A stretch of 33,563 bases of DNA, taken from the IMG/VR virus record IMGVR_UViG_2541047945_000006. One strand, 5' to 3'. Numbering within the stretch: position 1 is the first letter of the stretch; every line of letters begins with the position of its first letter. The position numbers and the translations under genes were made by a program. Under the pieces are notes generated by a model, which had not been told where the DNA came from, made no database searches, and saw nothing but the letters and a program-made list of their open reading frames with translations. Positions 7,691 through 17,167 of the stretch are shown here, in pieces. This stretch comes from a virus. Lineage: Duplodnaviria > Heunggongvirae > Uroviricota > Caudoviricetes.

Positions 7691-7865
7691 TTTAGTTTTC
7701 AAATATCCTGTTGATTATTATGGTTTTTTATTTGATTGCAGGAATTTATCAGAAGGAATAAAGAGACTTGAGGGGGATCAGAATTGCGCGTTTTAGTGAG
7801 TTGTATCTGTTTATTTTTCAACAAATACAATTGGTTATGGTGTTATTAGGTGTGGGGATCGTGAG

Positions 7866-7893
7866 GCAAAGAAAACCCGGCACTGAGGCCGGG
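7866..7893 (-). terminator. Intrinsic terminator after the cI-proximal cargo gene (CCCGGC-CTCAGT-GCCGGG plus UUUUCUUU)
   Basis: Perfect 6-bp GC stem followed by a U-run on the minus strand, 12 nt after the stop of ORF 7905-8951. Confidence 0.6.
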
Positions 7894-7904
7894 TTTGGAG
7901 TGCA

Positions 7905-8951
7905 TCACTCTGGTTCGCTGGGGAATATATTTATCAATTGTCCTGTTGAAATGTGTCCATTTTCTACAACCTCTAGGTATGAAATTTCAACAGTTGATTC
8001 TTTGGCTACAGCATTCAAAAACTCAAGAAGCTCATCAGTAGATGTTATGTCGGCTGAGGTTTTTATGGTGAAAGATTCACCATTTGAAACCCTTGTGACG
8101 TCAATATTTATGTCCTGATTTGTTTCTCCCGAGCGACGAACGCCCGTGACATAAAAGTTATCTCTTCTAGTTTCCTTTTTTCGATCAATTGATTGCCTTT
8201 GGTTTAAGGTATTCAACTGTTCTCTATTTACCACTCTCTGACCAATTGTTACCTTCTCAACTGACGAGTCTTGAGCAAGCTTTTTAAGCAACTTGCTTTT
8301 ACCATCCTCGCCGTGAGCCAGAACCTCTCTGCTAATGTTTGTTTGACCGCTAATCAACAACTTGAGCACATTGTCTTGTGCTTCGTTTACCGCTTTGGTG
8401 CTTTTTTCCACCAATTGCACCTGAGAATCTTGGTCATGTCGCTGTGTTTCGTAGTACTCATTGATCCACTTATAGCCTACCGTGCTGGCAGCTAAGACGA
8501 TAGCGGCGACGGCGCATAGTGCTTGCCTTCCTGTCATTTTGCCTATCGCTTGAGTTAACACTGTCACCACTCCGTTTACAATCGGATCTGAGTCACCATC
8601 CGCTTGGCTTGAGCCTTCGCTTATTCGGTAGACAATATCCAGCAAACCTTTCTCTGCATCTTTTAGCTTCTGCCGATTATGAGTGCTGTGACTGACTACC
8701 GTAAATGCTTTTTGTATTTCATGCGTAAGCTCTGCCATACCAAAAAGCATTGACGCAGTCAATGAAGAATTATATCTATTTGGATCGCCTTTTACATTAA
8801 TATTGATCTTTGGCCATCCACTGAAAACTACGCTAGGGAATGTGAAGTCGCTTGAGTCGATATCCTTCCTTCCGAGCATTTCTGTTACAAAAGATACAAA
8901 GTCGTCTTCTGACTTGATAACATATTGCGCAGGTTGATCAATCGCTGACAT
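7905..8951 (-). CDS. Uncharacterised 348-aa protein with one predicted transmembrane helix (rex-slot cargo)
   Basis: ATG at 8949-8951 with AAGGA SD, 76 nt downstream of the cI stop on the same strand; hydrophobic segment LCAVAAIVLAASTVGY mid-protein; no Walker A or other motif I recognise; unlike RexA/RexB. Confidence 0.8.
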   Translation of the reverse strand: MSAIDQPAQYVIKSEDDFVSFVTEMLGRKDIDSSDFTFPSVVFSGWPKININVKGDPNRYNSSLTASMLFGMAELTHEIQKAFTVVSHSTHNRQKLKDAEKGLLDIVYRISEGSSQADGDSDPIVNGVVTVLTQAIGKMTGRQALCAVAAIVLAASTVGYKWINEYYETQRHDQDSQVQLVEKSTKAVNEAQDNVLKLLISGQTNISREVLAHGEDGKSKLLKKLAQDSSVEKVTIGQRVVNREQLNTLNQRQSIDRKKETRRDNFYVTGVRRSGETNQDINIDVTRVSNGESFTIKTSADITSTDELLEFLNAVAKESTVEISYLEVVENGHISTGQLINIFPSEPE

Positions 8952-9027
8952 TCTTAATCCTTAACATCCATTCCTATCACCCAAACGTCTCTTCAGGCCA
9001 CTGGTTACCAGCTATGTGACGATGAAG

Positions 9028-9732
9028 TCACGAATTTTTCAGCCACTCCCTTGCCTCGATGTCATCCAGATGACGAGATTGCTTCAGAATACCAGCCACA
9101 TACTCCACCTTTGCTACTTGATGATAAGGCAACGTTATTGGCCTATGGTCCTGGTTGATGCTTGTAAACTGGTATTCTCCGTCTCTGTCATAGCCAAGAA
9201 CTTTGATCATGTTGTGTCCTTCAACGGTTCTGACAAACACCTCATCACCCGGGAATACTTTGGTGTTAGGCTCAATGAGTACATATTCTCCTGATTTTAT
9301 TCTAGGCCACATGCTGTCTCCTTTCACACGAAGACCAAAGGCATCTGGATCATCGCTATAAATCTTGAGCCACCCATCGCGCTCTTCGGTCATCTCGATG
9401 GCACCATCAACACCAAGAATTGCCTCACCAACCACGCGCACTAACCCTTTTCTTACCTGACCGACAAAAGTTAAAGAATCTGAGCATGATGCAATTGGTG
9501 TTACATCATGTACCAAATCAAGCCACCCATTAGGTAACCCAAGTGCGGCTTCGAATTTTCTTGCTAGTTTATCCCCTATGTTTCGAGTGCTTTTTTCACC
9601 GGAGACTTGCGTGAGTTGAGAAGGGCTAACTCCAAGCTTATCGGCAAAGCTTGCATTAGTGTTACCCGCGATTTTTTTATGCTCATCTAGCAAAAACGCC
9701 AGATTCGATTTGCGAATATCTTTGTTTTCCAT
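9028..9732 (-). CDS. cI: CI-type prophage repressor (HTH plus LexA-like S24 autopeptidase domain)
   Basis: 234-aa ORF; N-terminal HTH region and C-terminal S24 domain with the GDSMWP motif and a lysine further downstream; divergent from cro across an operator region. Confidence 0.9.
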   Translation of the reverse strand: MENKDIRKSNLAFLLDEHKKIAGNTNASFADKLGVSPSQLTQVSGEKSTRNIGDKLARKFEAALGLPNGWLDLVHDVTPIASCSDSLTFVGQVRKGLVRVVGEAILGVDGAIEMTEERDGWLKIYSDDPDAFGLRVKGDSMWPRIKSGEYVLIEPNTKVFPGDEVFVRTVEGHNMIKVLGYDRDGEYQFTSINQDHRPITLPYHQVAKVEYVAGILKQSRHLDDIEAREWLKNS

Positions 9733-9759
9733 CCCACGATTCTCCCTCTATTTAGCAAA

Positions 9760-9820
9760 TGGATAAATACGCATTTTGATAAATCTCCATTGCAGTTTAT
9801 TTATCAAAATGGTAAAGTTG
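9760..9820. promoter_or_regulatory. OR operator region with candidate pR (-35 TTGCAG 9790-9795, -10 TAAAGT 9813-9818)
   Basis: Inverted 12-mers ATTTTGATAAAT (9773-9784) and ATTTATCAAAAT (9799-9810), plus further GATAAAT copies; pRM for cI is presumably here on the minus strand. Confidence 0.55.
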
Positions 9821-9845
9821 CTCTGTGTGATAAACGGAGGCACTA

Positions 9846-10079
9846 ATGAGTAATGAACTACTACGCTGGCGAAAAGAGGCTTCTAGTGAGGAATGGAAGC
9901 GACTCGCCGCATTAGCGAATACTTCAGTTGGCTATCTTGATCAGATTGCATATGGGTTTCGAAGAGCTTCCCCAGATAAAGCGAATGCAATCGAAGAAGC
10001 CACTCGTAATTTCACGGGTTATAAACCTGTGAAAAAGGAAAATCTGGTGTTCGTATCGCGTAGAGCATCAGCAGCATAA
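9846..10079 (+). CDS. cro: Cro-like repressor
   Basis: 77-aa ORF divergent from cI, GGAGG SD; small HTH-type protein in the canonical position. Confidence 0.8.
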   Translation: MSNELLRWRKEASSEEWKRLAALANTSVGYLDQIAYGFRRASPDKANAIEEATRNFTGYKPVKKENLVFVSRRASAA

Positions 10080-10086
10080 GTAACCC

Positions 10087-10132
10087 CGCTCTTTGTAACA
10101 ACGGACATTCGTCCTACGTCGCTGAAAAGCGA
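10087..10132 (+). promoter_or_regulatory. nutR: nutR-like site (boxA CGCTCTTTGTAACAA, boxB TCGC-TGAAAA-GCGA)
   Basis: boxA-like sequence followed about 17 nt later by a boxB-like hairpin, just downstream of cro. Confidence 0.55.
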
Positions 10133-10217
10133 ATCCCAGAATATCTGACCAACTAAGGCCATATGCGTTTCCACGCATACCTTTCAACTAACTATTCACT
10201 ATTGGAAATATTAAGAA

Positions 10218-10514
10218 ATGACACAAGCAAGTTACAGCAAGCCAACACAGCGAGAAATTGATCGCGCTGAAACTGATTTACTCATCAACCTGTCAACGCT
10301 TACCAAGCGCGGTCTGGCAAAGATGATTGGCTGTCATGAATCGAAGATAAGCAGAACGGACTGGAGATTTATTGCTTCGGTCTTGTGTGCTTTCGGAATG
10401 GCATCAGACATCAGTCCGATTAGCAGGGCTTTTAAGTATGCGCTTGATGAAATCACAAAGAAAAAATCCCCGGTGGCCGCCGGGGACTCTAAGCAAATTG
10501 ATATGCAATTCTGA
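10218..10514 (+). CDS. cII: CII-like transcriptional activator
   Basis: 98-aa ORF resembling lambda CII in outline (HTH region ...SKISR..., C-terminal ...QIDMQF versus lambda ...QIQMEF). Confidence 0.78.
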   Translation: MTQASYSKPTQREIDRAETDLLINLSTLTKRGLAKMIGCHESKISRTDWRFIASVLCAFGMASDISPISRAFKYALDEITKKKSPVAAGDSKQIDMQF

Positions 10515-10546
10515 GGGAATTACTGGATCAATCCACAGGAGTCATT

Positions 10547-10708
10547 ATGACAAAACGTCGTAAGAAATACCAGGAAAAAGAAGAGATTCGACACCCTGAT
10601 TCACCTGAGGGATTAGTGGTAGCCGCAGCAAATAACAGGGCGTTCGCAGAGCGCCTTGTTGGTGTTTACAGACTAGCCAAAGCAGGAGTGAAACATGGGC
10701 GTCGTTAA
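10547..10708 (+). CDS. Hypothetical small basic protein (53 aa)
   Basis: Manual ORF (MTKRRKKYQEKEEIRHPDSPEG...) with AGGAG SD 7 nt upstream; its end overlaps the start of the O-like gene. Confidence 0.35.
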   Translation: MTKRRKKYQEKEEIRHPDSPEGLVVAAANNRAFAERLVGVYRLAKAGVKHGRR

Positions 10709-11516
10709 GTTAGCTGATTACAGGCCTCAACTGGAGGTCGTGGAGCATCGCGTGGCAGATACCGAAGATGGTTTCATGCGCGTTGCTAACGAGATTACCG
10801 ACAATCTGCTGATGGCTGATTTAACCGTCCGGCAGTTGAAGGTGATGCTCGCTATCATGCGCAAGACATACGGATTCAATAAGCCGATGGATCGACTCAC
10901 AAACACGCAGATAGCAGCCATGACAGGTATTCATCACACTCATGTTTGCGCTGCCAAGCGCCAGCTTATCGAGCGTAAATTCCTCATTGCTGATGGCGTG
11001 AAAATCGGAGTGAACAAGGTGGTTTCTCAGTGGATTAGCCAGGACAGCTTAACATTAGCTAAAACAGCTAATAAAACATTAGCCGAGTCGGCTAATGGGT
11101 ATAAGCCAAGTCAGCTAAACACAAAAGACAATATACAAAAGACAATAAATACAAATACCCCCTTACCCCCTAACGGGGGAGGCGATGGGCAGGTTAAACC
11201 TGAACGTCGCAAGGCAGAACGAATCGACTACGAATCCTTCCTGAACGCCTACAACACCGAAGTCGGTGACAGACTTCCACATGCTGTTGCGGTCAACGAG
11301 AAACGCAAACGCCGCCTGAAGAAAATCATCCCGCAACTGAAAACGCCAAACGTGGACGGTTTCAGAGCGTATGTCAGGGCGTTTGTGCATCAGGCCAAGC
11401 CGTTTTACTTCGGAGACAACGACACGGGATGGACGGCAGATTTTGATTACCTGCTGAGGGAAGATTCGTTAACGGGAGTACGGGAAGGGAAGTTTGCAGA
11501 CAGGGGGATTGCATGA
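10695..11516 (+). CDS. Replication initiator, lambda O-like N-terminal domain (P22 gene 18-like)
   Basis: N-terminus aligns with lambda O from memory (ADL..RQ.KV.LAI.RKTYG.NKPMDR.T..Q); contains iteron-like repeats and an AT-rich tract internally; AGGAG SD. Confidence 0.85.
   Translation: MGVVKLADYRPQLEVVEHRVADTEDGFMRVANEITDNLLMADLTVRQLKVMLAIMRKTYGFNKPMDRLTNTQIAAMTGIHHTHVCAAKRQLIERKFLIADGVKIGVNKVVSQWISQDSLTLAKTANKTLAESANGYKPSQLNTKDNIQKTINTNTPLPPNGGGDGQVKPERRKAERIDYESFLNAYNTEVGDRLPHAVAVNEKRKRRLKKIIPQLKTPNVDGFRAYVRAFVHQAKPFYFGDNDTGWTADFDYLLREDSLTGVREGKFADRGIA
11044..11156. repeat. Putative replication origin: palindromic 17-bp iterons plus AT-rich tract inside the O-like gene
   Basis: TTAGCTAAAACAGCTAA (11055-11071) and TTAGCCGAGTCGGCTAA (11079-11095), further AGCTAA copies, then an A/T-rich tract with ACAAAAGACAATA repeated (about 11117-11155). 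Confidence 0.5.
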
Positions 11517-12889
11517 AACAGGATATCGAAGCGAGCGTTATCGGTGGCCTGCTGATTGGTGGATTAACTCCAACCGCCAGCGACGTTCTGGCAACGCTGG
11601 AGCCGGAAGCGTTTTCAATTCCGCTCTACCGGAAAGCCTTCGAGGTTATCCGCAAGCAGGCGCGAAACAGAAACCTAATCGACGCGCTGATGGTTGCCGA
11701 GGCGTGCGGAGAGGAGCATTTCACGTCAATCCTGATGACCAGCAAGAACTGCCCGAGTGCCGCAAACCTGAAGGGATATGCCGGAATGGTCGCGGATAAC
11801 TATCACCGCCGTCTGGTGCTGGAAATCATGGATGAAATGCGTGAACCAATTCAGAGCGGAACCATCGACGCATCGAGTCAGGCGATGGATGAACTTGTAA
11901 AGCGTCTCTCAGCCATCAGAAAGCCCCGTGACGAGGTTAAACCGGTACGGTTAGGGGAAATCATCACCGACTACACTGACACGCTTGACAGGCGTCTGAG
12001 GAACGGAGAAGAGTCAGATACCCTGAAGACCGGAATCGAAGAACTTGATGCCATCACCGGAGGGATGAACGCGGAAGACCTGGTGATAATCGCTGCTCGT
12101 CCTGGTATGGGGAAAACCGAACTGGCGCTGAAGATTGCCGAAGGCGTTGCAAGCCGCGTTATTCCTGGTTCTGACGTCCGGCGCGGGGTATTGATTTTCT
12201 CAATGGAAATGAGCGCATTGCAGATTGCAGAGCGAAGCATTGCCAACGCCGGGAGGATGTCGGTTAGCGTACTGCGAAATCCTGCATCGATGGATGACGA
12301 AGGCTGGGCGCGTGTTGCTAACGGCATGAGTCAGCTTGCAGATTTGGATGTATGGGTAGTCGATGCCTCGCGGTTATCGGTAGAAGAAATTCGCTCAATC
12401 GCAGAGCGGCACAAACAGGAAAATCCAAACCTCTCACTCATCATGGCGGATTATCTTGGCCTGATTGAGAAGCCGAAAGCAGATCGCAACGACCTCGCAA
12501 TTGCTCACATCTCCGGAAGCCTGAAGGCGATGGCGAAAGACCTGAAAACGCCTGTTATCTCCCTAAGTCAGCTTTCGCGCGATGTTGAGAAGCGACCAAA
12601 CAAACGCCCGACAAACGCAGATTTGCGTGATTCAGGAAGCATTGAACAGGACGCAGACTCAATCATCATGCTCTATCGGGAAGCTGTATATGACGAGAAC
12701 AGTAGCGCCGCGCCATTTGCTGAAATCATCGTGACGAAAAACCGTTTTGGCTCGCTTGGTACGGTTTACCAGCGGTTCTGTAACGGACACTTTGTTGCAT
12801 GTGACCAGGATGAAGCCAGACAGATTTGCACAGCATCAAATGCACCTGCTGCGCGTGGCAGACGATATGCACAAGGGGCTGACGTATGA
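11513..12889 (+). CDS. DnaB-family replicative helicase (P22 gene 12-like)
   Basis: 458-aa ORF with DnaB N-terminal domain and RecA-like core, Walker [13 protein letters not shown]; start overlaps the O-like stop (ATGA). Confidence 0.9.
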   Translation: MKQDIEASVIGGLLIGGLTPTASDVLATLEPEAFSIPLYRKAFEVIRKQARNRNLIDALMVAEACGEEHFTSILMTSKNCPSAANLKGYAGMVADNYHRRLVLEIMDEMREPIQSGTIDASSQAMDELVKRLSAIRKPRDEVKPVRLGEIITDYTDTLDRRLRNGEESDTLKTGIEELDAITGGMNAEDLVIIAARPGMGKTELALKIAEGVASRVIPGSDVRRGVLIFSMEMSALQIAERSIANAGRMSVSVLRNPASMDDEGWARVANGMSQLADLDVWVVDASRLSVEEIRSIAERHKQENPNLSLIMADYLGLIEKPKADRNDLAIAHISGSLKAMAKDLKTPVISLSQLSRDVEKRPNKRPTNADLRDSGSIEQDADSIIMLYREAVYDENSSAAPFAEIIVTKNRFGSLGTVYQRFCNGHFVACDQDEARQICTASNAPAARGRRYAQGADV

Positions 12890-12915
12890 CCATCTACATC
12901 ACTGAGCTAATAACA

Positions 12916-12946
12916 GGGGCTATTTACACAGTAGCCCTTTTTTATT
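12916..12946 (+). terminator. Intrinsic terminator after the replication genes (GGGGCTA...TAGCCCC plus TTTTTTT)
   Basis: Hairpin 12916-12937 followed by a T-run 12938-12944. Confidence 0.6.
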
Positions 12947-12970
12947 GGATTAAGAACGAGGGGGATCCTG

Positions 12971-13183
12971 ATGGACACCGTTAACGGAATGTGTTCAGAC
13001 GCACCGCGTGCCAAAAAATGTAAGTGCGGAAAATCACCGACAATATTCGACATGGAGAACGGGTGCCAAATCTACTGCGCTAACCACGCTGTTGTGGCGG
13101 CCGCGAATTATCGCAGTGCGGTAACGGAGTGGAATAACCTGAAATCTGTTAGAGAGGGAAGTCATGAAAAAACTAACCTTTGA
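12971..13183 (+). CDS. Hypothetical Cys-rich small protein
   Basis: 70-aa ORF with GGGGG SD; CxC...CxxxC spacing suggests a possible zinc-binding protein. Confidence 0.5.
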   Translation: MDTVNGMCSDAPRAKKCKCGKSPTIFDMENGCQIYCANHAVVAAANYRSAVTEWNNLKSVREGSHEKTNL

Positions 13184-13604
13184 AATTCGATCCCCAGCAC
13201 ATCAGCAAAACGCTATTCACGCAGTACAGCAAATCCTTCCAGACCCAACCAAACCAATCGTAGTAACCATTCAGGAACGCAACCGCAGCTTAGACCAAAA
13301 TCGGAAGCTTTGGGCTTGCCTTGGTGACGTTTCGCGTCAGGTTGAATGGCATGGTCGATGGCTGGATGCAGAAAGCTGGAAGTGCGTTTTTACAGCAGCA
13401 TTAAAGCAGCAGGACGTTGTTCCTAACCTTGCCGGGAATGGCTTTGTGGTAATAGGCCAGTCAACCAGCAGGATGCGTGTAAGCGAATTTGCGGAGCTAT
13501 TAGAGCTTATACAGGCATTTGGTACAGAGCATGGCGTTAAGTGGTCAGACGAAGCGCGACTGGCTCTGGAGTGGAAAGCGCGATGGGGAGATCGGGCTGC
13601 ATGA
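13164..13604 (+). CDS. ninB: NinB (Orf-family recombination mediator)
   Basis: 146-aa protein essentially matching lambda NinB as I recall it (MKKLTFEIRSPAHQQNAIHAVQQILPDPTKPIVVTIQERNRSLDQNRKLWACLGD...). Confidence 0.9.
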   Translation: MKKLTFEIRSPAHQQNAIHAVQQILPDPTKPIVVTIQERNRSLDQNRKLWACLGDVSRQVEWHGRWLDAESWKCVFTAALKQQDVVPNLAGNGFVVIGQSTSRMRVSEFAELLELIQAFGTEHGVKWSDEARLALEWKARWGDRAA

Positions 13605-14128
13605 CTATCAAATCAAATACGCCAGCACACGACAAGGACTGCTGGCAAACGCCGCTTTGGCTTTTTGATGCACTGGATATTGAGTTTGGATTCTGGCTGG
13701 ATTCGGCAGCGAGCGACAAAAACGCTCTGTGCGCTCACTGGCTAACTGAGGCTGATGACGCGCTAAATTCTGAGTGGATAAGCCACGGTGCAATCTGGAA
13801 TAACCCACCGTACAGCAATATCAGGCCGTGGGTGGAAAAAGCCGCTGAGCAGTGCATACAACAGCGACAGACGGTAGTTATGCTTGTGCCAGGGGATATG
13901 TCTGTCGGATGGTTCAGCAAGGCTCTGGAGAGTGTCGACGAAGTTCGCATTATCACTGATGGACGGATTAATTTTATCGAACCATCGACAGGGCTGGAGA
14001 AGAAGGGAAACAGTAAAGGCTCAATGCTGCTGATTTGGCGACCGTTCATCAGTCCTCGACGGATGTTTACTACCGTATCCAAAGCGGCATTGATGGCGAT
14101 CGGGCAGGGCGTCAGGAGGGCGGCATGA
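13601..14128 (+). CDS. DNA N6-adenine methyltransferase (phage Dam-like)
   Basis: NPPY catalytic motif (IWNNPPYSN); internal ATG at 13601 overlaps the ninB stop (ATGA), preferred over the track's upstream start. Confidence 0.82.
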   Translation: MTIKSNTPAHDKDCWQTPLWLFDALDIEFGFWLDSAASDKNALCAHWLTEADDALNSEWISHGAIWNNPPYSNIRPWVEKAAEQCIQQRQTVVMLVPGDMSVGWFSKALESVDEVRIITDGRINFIEPSTGLEKKGNSKGSMLLIWRPFISPRRMFTTVSKAALMAIGQGVRRAA

Positions 14129-14307
14129 GGCGACAGCGACGAAGTATCACCGACATAATCTGCGAAAACTGCAAATACCTTCCAACGAAACGCTCCAGAA
14201 ATAAACGCAAGCCAATCCCAAAAGAATCTGACGTAAAAACCTTCAATTACACGGCTCACCTGTGGGATATCCGGTGGCTTAGAGAACGTGCGAGGAAAAC
14301 AAGGTGA
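14125..14307 (+). CDS. ninE: NinE
   Basis: 60-aa ORF ([23 protein letters not shown]...) matching lambda NinE from memory; start overlaps the methyltransferase stop. Confidence 0.8.
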   Translation: MRRQRRSITDIICENCKYLPTKRSRNKRKPIPKESDVKTFNYTAHLWDIRWLRERARKTR

Positions 14308-14474
14308 TTGACCCAAATCGAAGTTACGAACAAGAAAGCGTCGAGCGGGCTTTAACGTGCGCTAATTGCGGTCAGAAGCTGCATGTGCTGGAAGTTCACG
14401 TGTGCTCCGATTGCTGCGCAGAACTGATGAGCGATCCGAATAGCTCAATGTACGAGGAAGAAGACGATGAGTGA
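14304..14474 (+). CDS. ninF: NinF
   Basis: Manual 56-aa ORF with GTG start ([56 protein letters not shown]) matching lambda NinF from memory. Confidence 0.7.
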   Translation: MIDPNRSYEQESVERALTCANCGQKLHVLEVHVCSDCCAELMSDPNSSMYEEEDDE

Positions 14475-14736
14475 TTTCTCTGAGCTTATTTCCTTCAAAA
14501 AAGACAGAGAAGAAATGCGGACTGAATCTGTCTATTACGTTCAACACCGGAATAAACGCTCTGTGCTTGATCAGGAGCTGGTTATTACCGGAGACCTGGC
14601 ATTCAGAACATATAAGGCCAGCATGGAAATGAAGGATTTCCCTAAATGTGGTTCTGAAAGAGAAGCCGCGTTAAAGCTGGCAGAGTGGATGCAGAGAATG
14701 GCTGCTGCAATTGAGAATTACTGGAGCGAACCATAA
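14467..14736 (+). CDS. Hypothetical protein (89 aa) between ninF and ninG
   Basis: ORF with ATG overlapping the ninF stop; no family recognised. Confidence 0.55.
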   Translation: MSDFSELISFKKDREEMRTESVYYVQHRNKRSVLDQELVITGDLAFRTYKASMEMKDFPKCGSEREAALKLAEWMQRMAAAIENYWSEP

Positions 14737-15347
14737 TGGCTAAACCAGCGCGAAGACGATGTAAAAACGATGAATGCCGGGAATGGTTTCACCCTGCATT
14801 CGCTAATCAGTGGTGGTGCTCTCCAGAGTGTGGAACAAAGATAGCACTCGAACGACGAAGCAAAGAACGCGAAAAAGCGGAAAAAGCAGCAGAGAAGAAA
14901 CGACGACGAGAGGAACAGAAACAGAAAGATAAACTGAAGATTCGAAAACTCGCCTTAAAGCCCCGCAGTTACTGGATTAAACAAGCCCAGCAAGCCGTAA
15001 ACGCCTTCATCAGAGAAAGAGACCGCGACTTACCATGTATCTCGTGCGGAACGCTCACGTCTGCTCAGTGGGATGCCGGACATTACCGGACAACTGCTGC
15101 GGCACCTCAACTCCGATTTGATGAACGCAATATTCACAAGCAATGCGTGGTGTGCAACCAGCACAAAAGCGGAAATCTCGTTCCGTATCGCGTCGAACTG
15201 ATTAACCGCATCGGGCAGGAAGCAGTAGACGAAATCGAATCAAACCATAGCCGCCATCGCTGGACTGTCGAAGAGTGCAAGGCGATCAAGGCAGAGTACC
15301 AACAGAAACTCAAAGACCTGCGAAATAGCAGAAGTGAGGCCGCATGA
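14736..15347 (+). CDS. ninG: NinG/Rap-like Holliday-junction resolvase
   Basis: 203-aa Cys-rich protein matching lambda NinG in size and sequence character. Confidence 0.85.
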   Translation: MAKPARRRCKNDECREWFHPAFANQWWCSPECGTKIALERRSKEREKAEKAAEKKRRREEQKQKDKLKIRKLALKPRSYWIKQAQQAVNAFIRERDRDLPCISCGTLTSAQWDAGHYRTTAAAPQLRFDERNIHKQCVVCNQHKSGNLVPYRVELINRIGQEAVDEIESNHSRHRWTVEECKAIKAEYQQKLKDLRNSRSEAA

Positions 15348-15550
15348 CGTTCTCAGTAAAAACCATTCCAGACATGCTCGTTGAAGCATACGGAAACCAG
15401 ACAGAAGTAGCACGCAGACTGAAATGTAGTCGCGGTACGGTCAGAAAATACGTTGATGATAAAGACGGGAAAATGCACGCCATCGTCAACGACGTTCTCA
15501 TGGTTCATCGCGGATGGAGTGAAAGAGATGCGCTATTACGAAAAAATTGA
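15344..15550 (+). CDS. ninH: NinH
   Basis: 68-aa ORF ([39 protein letters not shown]...) matching lambda NinH from memory. Confidence 0.82.
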   Translation: MTFSVKTIPDMLVEAYGNQTEVARRLKCSRGTVRKYVDDKDGKMHAIVNDVLMVHRGWSERDALLRKN

Positions 15551-16193
15551 TGGCAGCAAATACCGAAATATTTGGGTAGTTGGCGATCTGCACGGATGCT
15601 ACACGAACCTGATGAAAAAACTGGAGACGATAGGATTCGACACCAAAAAAGACCTGCTTATCTCGGTTGGCGATTTGGTTGATCGCGGTACAGAGAACGT
15701 CGAATGCCTGGAATTAATCACATTCCCCTGGTTCAGAGCTGTACGTGGAAACCATGAGCAAATGATGATTGATGGCTTATCAGAGCGTGGAAACGTCAAT
15801 CACTGGCTGTTTAATGGCGGTGGCTGGTTCTTTAATCTCGATTACGACAAAGAAATTCTGGCTAAAGCTCTTGCCCATAAAGCAGATGAACTTCCGTTAA
15901 TCATTGAACTGGTGAGTAAAGGTAAAAAATATGTCATCTGCCACGCCGATTATCCTTGTGACGAATACGAATTTGGAAAGCCAGTTGATTATCAGCAGGT
16001 AATCTGGAACCGCGAACGAATCAGCAACTCACAAGACGGGGTCGTGAAAGAAATCAAAGGCGCGGACACGTTCATCTTTGGTCATACGCCAGCAGTGAAA
16101 CCACTCAAATTTGCCAACCAGATGTATATCGATACTGGGGCAGTGTTCTGCGGAAATCTCACATTGATTCAGGTACAGGGAGAAGGCGCATGA
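15528..16193 (+). CDS. Ser/Thr protein phosphatase (lambda NinI-like)
   Basis: Calcineurin-like metallophosphatase motifs (GDLHG, GDLVDRG, GNHE); start taken at internal ATG 15528 (MRYYEKIDG) to give the 221-aa lambda-like protein. Confidence 0.85.
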   Translation: MRYYEKIDGSKYRNIWVVGDLHGCYTNLMKKLETIGFDTKKDLLISVGDLVDRGTENVECLELITFPWFRAVRGNHEQMMIDGLSERGNVNHWLFNGGGWFFNLDYDKEILAKALAHKADELPLIIELVSKGKKYVICHADYPCDEYEFGKPVDYQQVIWNRERISNSQDGVVKEIKGADTFIFGHTPAVKPLKFANQMYIDTGAVFCGNLTLIQVQGEGA

Positions 16194-16813
16194 GACTCGA
16201 AAGCGTAGCTAAATTTCATTCGCCAAAAAGCCCGATGATGAGTGACTCACCACGGGCCACGGCTTCTGACTCTCTTTCCGGTACTGATGTGATGGCTGCT
16301 ATGGGGATGGCGCAATCACAAGCCGGATTCGGAATGGCTGCATTCTGTGGTAAGCACGAACTCAGCCAGAACGACAAACAAAAGGCTATCAACTATCTGA
16401 TGCAATTTGCACACAAGGTATCGGGGAAATACCGTGGTGTGGCAAAGCTTGAAGGAAATACTAAGGCAAAGGTACTGCAAGTGCTCGCAACATTCGCTTA
16501 TGCGGATTATTGCCGTAGTGCCGCGACGCCGGGCGCAAGATGCAGAGATTGCCACGGTACAGGCCGTGCGGTTGATATAGCCAAAACGGAGCAGTGGGGG
16601 AGAGTTGTTGAGAAAGAGTGCGGAAGATGCAAAGGTGTCGGCTATTCAAGAATGCCAGCAAGCGCCGCATATCGCGCTGTAACGATGCTAATCCCAAACC
16701 TTACTCAACCCACCTGGTCACGCACTGTTAAGCCACTGTATGACGCTCTGGTGGCGCAATGCCACAAGGAAGAGTCAATCGCAGACAACATTTTGAATTC
16801 AGTTACACGTTAA
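16190..16813 (+). CDS. Q: Late-gene antiterminator Q
   Basis: 207-aa ORF matching lambda Q from memory, including the zinc-binding cysteines (CRDCHGTG...CGRCKG). Confidence 0.9.
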   Translation: MRLESVAKFHSPKSPMMSDSPRATASDSLSGTDVMAAMGMAQSQAGFGMAAFCGKHELSQNDKQKAINYLMQFAHKVSGKYRGVAKLEGNTKAKVLQVLATFAYADYCRSAATPGARCRDCHGTGRAVDIAKTEQWGRVVEKECGRCKGVGYSRMPASAAYRAVTMLIPNLTQPTWSRTVKPLYDALVAQCHKEESIADNILNSVTR

Positions 16814-16855
16814 CAGCATGATTGCCACGGATGGCAACATATTAACGGCATGATA

Positions 16856-16884
16856 TTGACTTTTTGAATAAAGTTGGGTAAATT
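16856..16884 (+). promoter_or_regulatory. Late promoter pR' (-35 TTGACT, 17-bp spacer, -10 TAAATT) with associated qut region
   Basis: Near-consensus sigma70 elements directly downstream of Q; the sequence closely resembles the lambda pR' region as I recall it. Confidence 0.7.
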
Positions 16885-16891
16885 TGACCCA

Positions 16892-17086
16892 ACGATGGGT
16901 TAATTCGCTCGTTGTGGTAGTGAGATAAAAAGAGGCGGCGCTTACTACCGATTCCGCCTAGTTGGTCACTTCGACGTATCGTCTGGAACTCCAACCATCG
17001 CAGGCTGAGAGGTCTGTAAAATGCAATCCCGAAACAATTCGCAGGTAATAGTTAGAGCCTGCACAACGGTTTCGGGATTTTTTATT
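16892..17086 (+). ncRNA. 6S-RNA-like pR' leader transcript ending at tR' (hairpin 17025-17077 plus T-run)
   Basis: Predicted start about 16892; terminator stem ATCCCGAAAC...GTTTCGGGAT followed by TTTTTTATTT; resembles the lambda 6S RNA / tR' sequence from memory. Confidence 0.6.
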
Positions 17087-17087
17087 T

Positions 17088-17162
17088 GGGTCAGTCGTAT
17101 AAAGGTCATTACGGAAGGCTGTTAACCTTCTTATCGTGGTTCGAGTCCACGCTGTCCCGCCA
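17088..17162 (+). tRNA. tRNA-like gene, predicted anticodon GUU (Asn)
   Basis: Manual cloverleaf: acceptor GGGTCAG/CTGTCCC (one mismatch), U8, D-loop with GG, perfect 5-bp anticodon stem with loop CTGTTAA, T-arm CGTGG-TTCGAGT-CCACG, encoded GCCA 3' end. Confidence 0.5.
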
Positions 17163-17167
17163 AACAT

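Noticed and set aside
7768-8118. 116-aa plus-strand ORF
   Set aside because: Lies antisense within the 3' end of the 348-aa gene and across the terminator and promoter region; no SD; likely a frame artefact.
11971-12327. 118-aa minus-strand ORF
   Set aside because: Antisense inside the DnaB-family helicase gene.
13735-14316. 193-aa minus-strand ORF
   Set aside because: Antisense to the methyltransferase and ninE genes, which have strong family support and translational coupling.
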